From: Desulfohalobiaceae bacterium
Lineage (GTDB): Bacteria; Desulfobacterota; Desulfovibrionia; Desulfovibrionales; Desulfothermaceae
Assembly: GCA_021737525.1 (NCBI GenBank)
Contig: JAIPDU010000001.1
Location: forward strand, 1-36,101
DNA length: 36,101 bases
Direction of reading: 5' to 3'
The translations under genes were made by a program, and so were the position numbers. Shown piece by piece: positions 34,354-36,101 of this stretch; position 1 is the stretch's first letter; every line of letters begins with the position of its first letter. The notes under the pieces are model-generated. The model was not told the DNA's origin. It searched no databases and worked only from the letters and a program-made list of their open reading frames with translations.

Positions 34354-35274
34354 ATGCGACAGAGAACAATCGGTAAAGCGGTGAGCTGCTCCGGGGTCGG
34401 CCTTCACCGGGGCGGCAAAGTGACGATGACGATCTACCCCGCACCCGAGAATACCGGTATTGTCTTCGTGTTAAAGACCGGACAGGGAAGGCGGTTCATC
34501 CAAGCCGACCCGTACAAGGTCCACGAGACCACCCTTGCCACTTGTTTAGGCGACGGGGAGTGCTCCATAGGAACTGTGGAGCATGTCCTTGCCGCACTGA
34601 TGGGGACAGGGGTGGACAACATCCATATCGAGGTGGACAGTAACGAGATTCCCATTATGGACGGGAGCGCCGCCTCTTTCGTCTATCTCCTGCAGCAGGC
34701 GGGTTATGTGCGCCAGCAGGCGAAAAAGCGGGTCTACAGGCTAAAGCAGCCCGTGGAATTCAGCAGTGATGGAAAGCGAGTCGTCGCCACTCCCGGAACG
34801 GGATTGAAGGTTTCCTATACCATCGAATACGACCATCCCCTTATCGGGCGGCAGGAGTTCTCTTTCAGCCTGCAGGACCAGAGCTTCGTGGAGGACCTGT
34901 GCAAGGCGAGGACGTTTGCCTTCCTCAACGATGTGGAGGTGATGCGGGCGAACGGTTTGGCTCTTGGCGGATCCCTGGACAATGCCCTCGTCCTGGACGG
35001 TTCGGGCGTGGTGAACACCGACGGCTTGCGCTATGCGGATGAACCCGTCCGGCACAAGATCCTCGACTTTATTGGCGATCTCGGTTTGATGCCCTTCCCG
35101 GTAACCGGCCATTTTCACGTATACTGCTCCGGGCACGCGATGAACAATAAGTTCTGCCGTTATCTGCTCGCCCATGAAAGGAAATACCTCGAGTGCTGCG
35201 AAGTCGCGGAACGTGTCCAGGAGAAGCGGGAGGCTGCGATTGTCCCCCAGGCTGCCGGGGAAAGCTTTCTTTAG
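34354..35274 (+). CDS. lpxC: UDP-3-O-acyl-N-acetylglucosamine deacetylase
   Basis: 306 aa with RQRTIGKAVSCSGVGLHRGGKVTMTIYPAPENTGIVF N-terminus, HKILDFIGDL and the Zn-ligand context of LpxC. Confidence 0.93.
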   Translation: MRQRTIGKAVSCSGVGLHRGGKVTMTIYPAPENTGIVFVLKTGQGRRFIQADPYKVHETTLATCLGDGECSIGTVEHVLAALMGTGVDNIHIEVDSNEIPIMDGSAASFVYLLQQAGYVRQQAKKRVYRLKQPVEFSSDGKRVVATPGTGLKVSYTIEYDHPLIGRQEFSFSLQDQSFVEDLCKARTFAFLNDVEVMRANGLALGGSLDNALVLDGSGVVNTDGLRYADEPVRHKILDFIGDLGLMPFPVTGHFHVYCSGHAMNNKFCRYLLAHERKYLECCEVAERVQEKREAAIVPQAAGESFL

Positions 35275-35307
35275 CTCCCGCAAGCTTCGGTCCCGCCCAG
35301 TACAGTC

Positions 35308-35344
35308 TCAAGAGGGCCAACGGCCCTTGATTCCCTTTTCATTT
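35308..35344 (+). terminator. Probable intrinsic terminator after lpxC
   Basis: TCAAG-AG-GGCC / GGCCCTTGA stem (9 bp with a 2-nt bulge, 3-nt loop) followed by TTCCCTTTTCATTT. Confidence 0.5.
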
Positions 35345-35444
35345 GCCTTGCGAGGGCCCTTTGGGGCTTGTATGGTGCGCAGCGCAAGCAGCTTTCATGT
35401 TATTTTCGGAATATTCGGTAAGATATAAAAAATATTGCAAGGGG

Positions 35445-35473
35445 TTGTCAAAAGGCCCAAACTTGGATATATT
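35445..35473 (+). promoter_or_regulatory. Candidate strong sigma-70 promoter of the tRNA-tuf operon
   Basis: TTGTCA (35445-35450), a 17-nt spacer, then TATATT (35468-35473). An AT-rich UP-like tract (AGATATAAAAAATATT) lies upstream, and the first tRNA starts at 35487. Confidence 0.6.
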
Positions 35474-35486
35474 TCCAGTTTGCTTG

Positions 35487-35562
35487 GCTGGCGTAGCTCA
35501 ATCGGCAGAGCAGCTGATTTGTAATCAGCAGGTTGCGGGTTCGAGTCCCACCGCCAGCTCCA
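35487..35562 (+). tRNA. tRNA-Thr (anticodon TGT), CCA encoded
   Basis: Acceptor GCTGGCG/CGCCAGC, anticodon stem GCTGA/TCAGC with loop TTTGTAA, T-loop TTCGAGT. One C-A mismatch in the T stem. Confidence 0.93.
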
Positions 35563-35576
35563 GATCTGTGGCATTT

Positions 35577-35662
<86 letters not shown>

Positions 35663-35721
35663 TTGAAGGCCTCTGGATAAGTAGGAGACCTCGTGTCGGC
35701 GACTACTTATTGCAGCGGAAA

Positions 35722-35798
35722 GCGGGAATAGCTCAACTGGCTAGAGCACCAGCCTTCCAAGCTGGGGGTTGCGGGTTCAATTCCCGTTTCCCGCTCCA
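35722..35798 (+). tRNA. tRNA-Gly (anticodon TCC), CCA encoded
   Basis: Acceptor GCGGGAA/TTCCCGC, anticodon stem CCAGC/GCTGG with loop CTTCCAA, T-loop TTCAATT. Confidence 0.95.
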
Positions 35799-35811
35799 TT
35801 CCTGTGTTTGA

Positions 35812-35887
35812 GCCCACGTAGCTCAGGCGGTGGAGCACTTCCTTGGTAAGGAAGAGGTCACCGGTTCGAGTCCGGTCGTGGGCTCCA
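35812..35887 (+). tRNA. tRNA-Thr (anticodon GGT), CCA encoded
   Basis: Acceptor GCCCACG/CGTGGGC, anticodon stem CTTCC/GGAAG with loop TTGGTAA, T-loop TTCGAGT. Confidence 0.95.
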
Positions 35888-35979
35888 TTTCTTCTGCTTG
35901 TCCAGTCCTTCCGTATCGTTTGCGCAATTCCGCGGAAGATCAGTCACCGAGAAGCCAATTGAAGCACCAGGGGGTAAGT

Positions 35980-36101
35980 ATGGCCAAGGAGAAGTTTGAG
36001 CGGTCCAAGCCGCACGTGAACATCGGCACCATAGGCCACATTGATCACGGCAAGACGACGTTGACCGCAGCGATCACCAAGTTGCTCGAGGCCCGCGACG
36101 G
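35980..36101 (+). CDS. tuf: Elongation factor Tu, N-terminal 40 codons (continues beyond window end)
   Basis: [40 protein letters not shown] with P-loop GHIDHGKT. Classic tRNA Thr-Tyr-Gly-Thr-tuf arrangement. Confidence 0.97.
   Translation, partial: MAKEKFERSKPHVNIGTIGHIDHGKTTLTAAITKLLEARD

Overview
GC-rich, tightly packed and almost entirely housekeeping chromosome segment. Gene content and order (atpZ-atpI-atpB-atpE followed by rex, an LpxI-type lipid A cluster, a sigma-54 activator, an HMGL/Re-citrate-synthase-like enzyme) suggest a Desulfovibrio-like sulfate reducer; this is inference from memory of synteny, no search was run. Left to right: rodA-mrdA-mreD-mreC-mreB (minus strand), ogt, a ~10 kb minus-strand envelope super-operon lysS-lolC-lolD-bamA-skp-lpxD-fabZ-lpxA-lpxI with 4-20 nt gene overlaps, usp, an orphan sigma-54 response regulator, amidohydrolase-pyrB-pyrC, an Elp3-like radical SAM gene, HIT, an IHF-like gene, rlpA, a thiF-like E1, an HMGL synthase with an extra C-terminal sensor-like domain, a hypothetical gene, the ATP synthase genes, rex, rpmE-prfA-prmC, lpxC, then tRNA Thr-Tyr-Gly-Thr and the start of tuf. 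I found no CRISPR array, transposase, integrase, toxin-antitoxin pair, or recognisable defence or secondary-metabolite cluster, and I cannot support a novel multi-gene system here. The unexplained signals are: (1) a 328-bp nested-palindrome, MITE-like element at 17830-18157, with an ~83% identical half-copy at 27943-28023 and a degenerate relic at 5446-5496; (2) the HMGL synthase fused to a Cache/PAS-like C-terminal domain; (3) an AT-rich island with a Shine-Dalgarno-preceded 38-codon ORF upstream of the radical SAM gene; (4) a near-consensus Rex operator 7 nt upstream of the rex start codon; (5) N-terminal extensions on BamA and on ATP synthase subunit c. Many ORF-track N-termini are over-extended and were trimmed using SD sequences, gene overlaps and family N-termini. 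The many long antisense ORFs are shadow ORFs.
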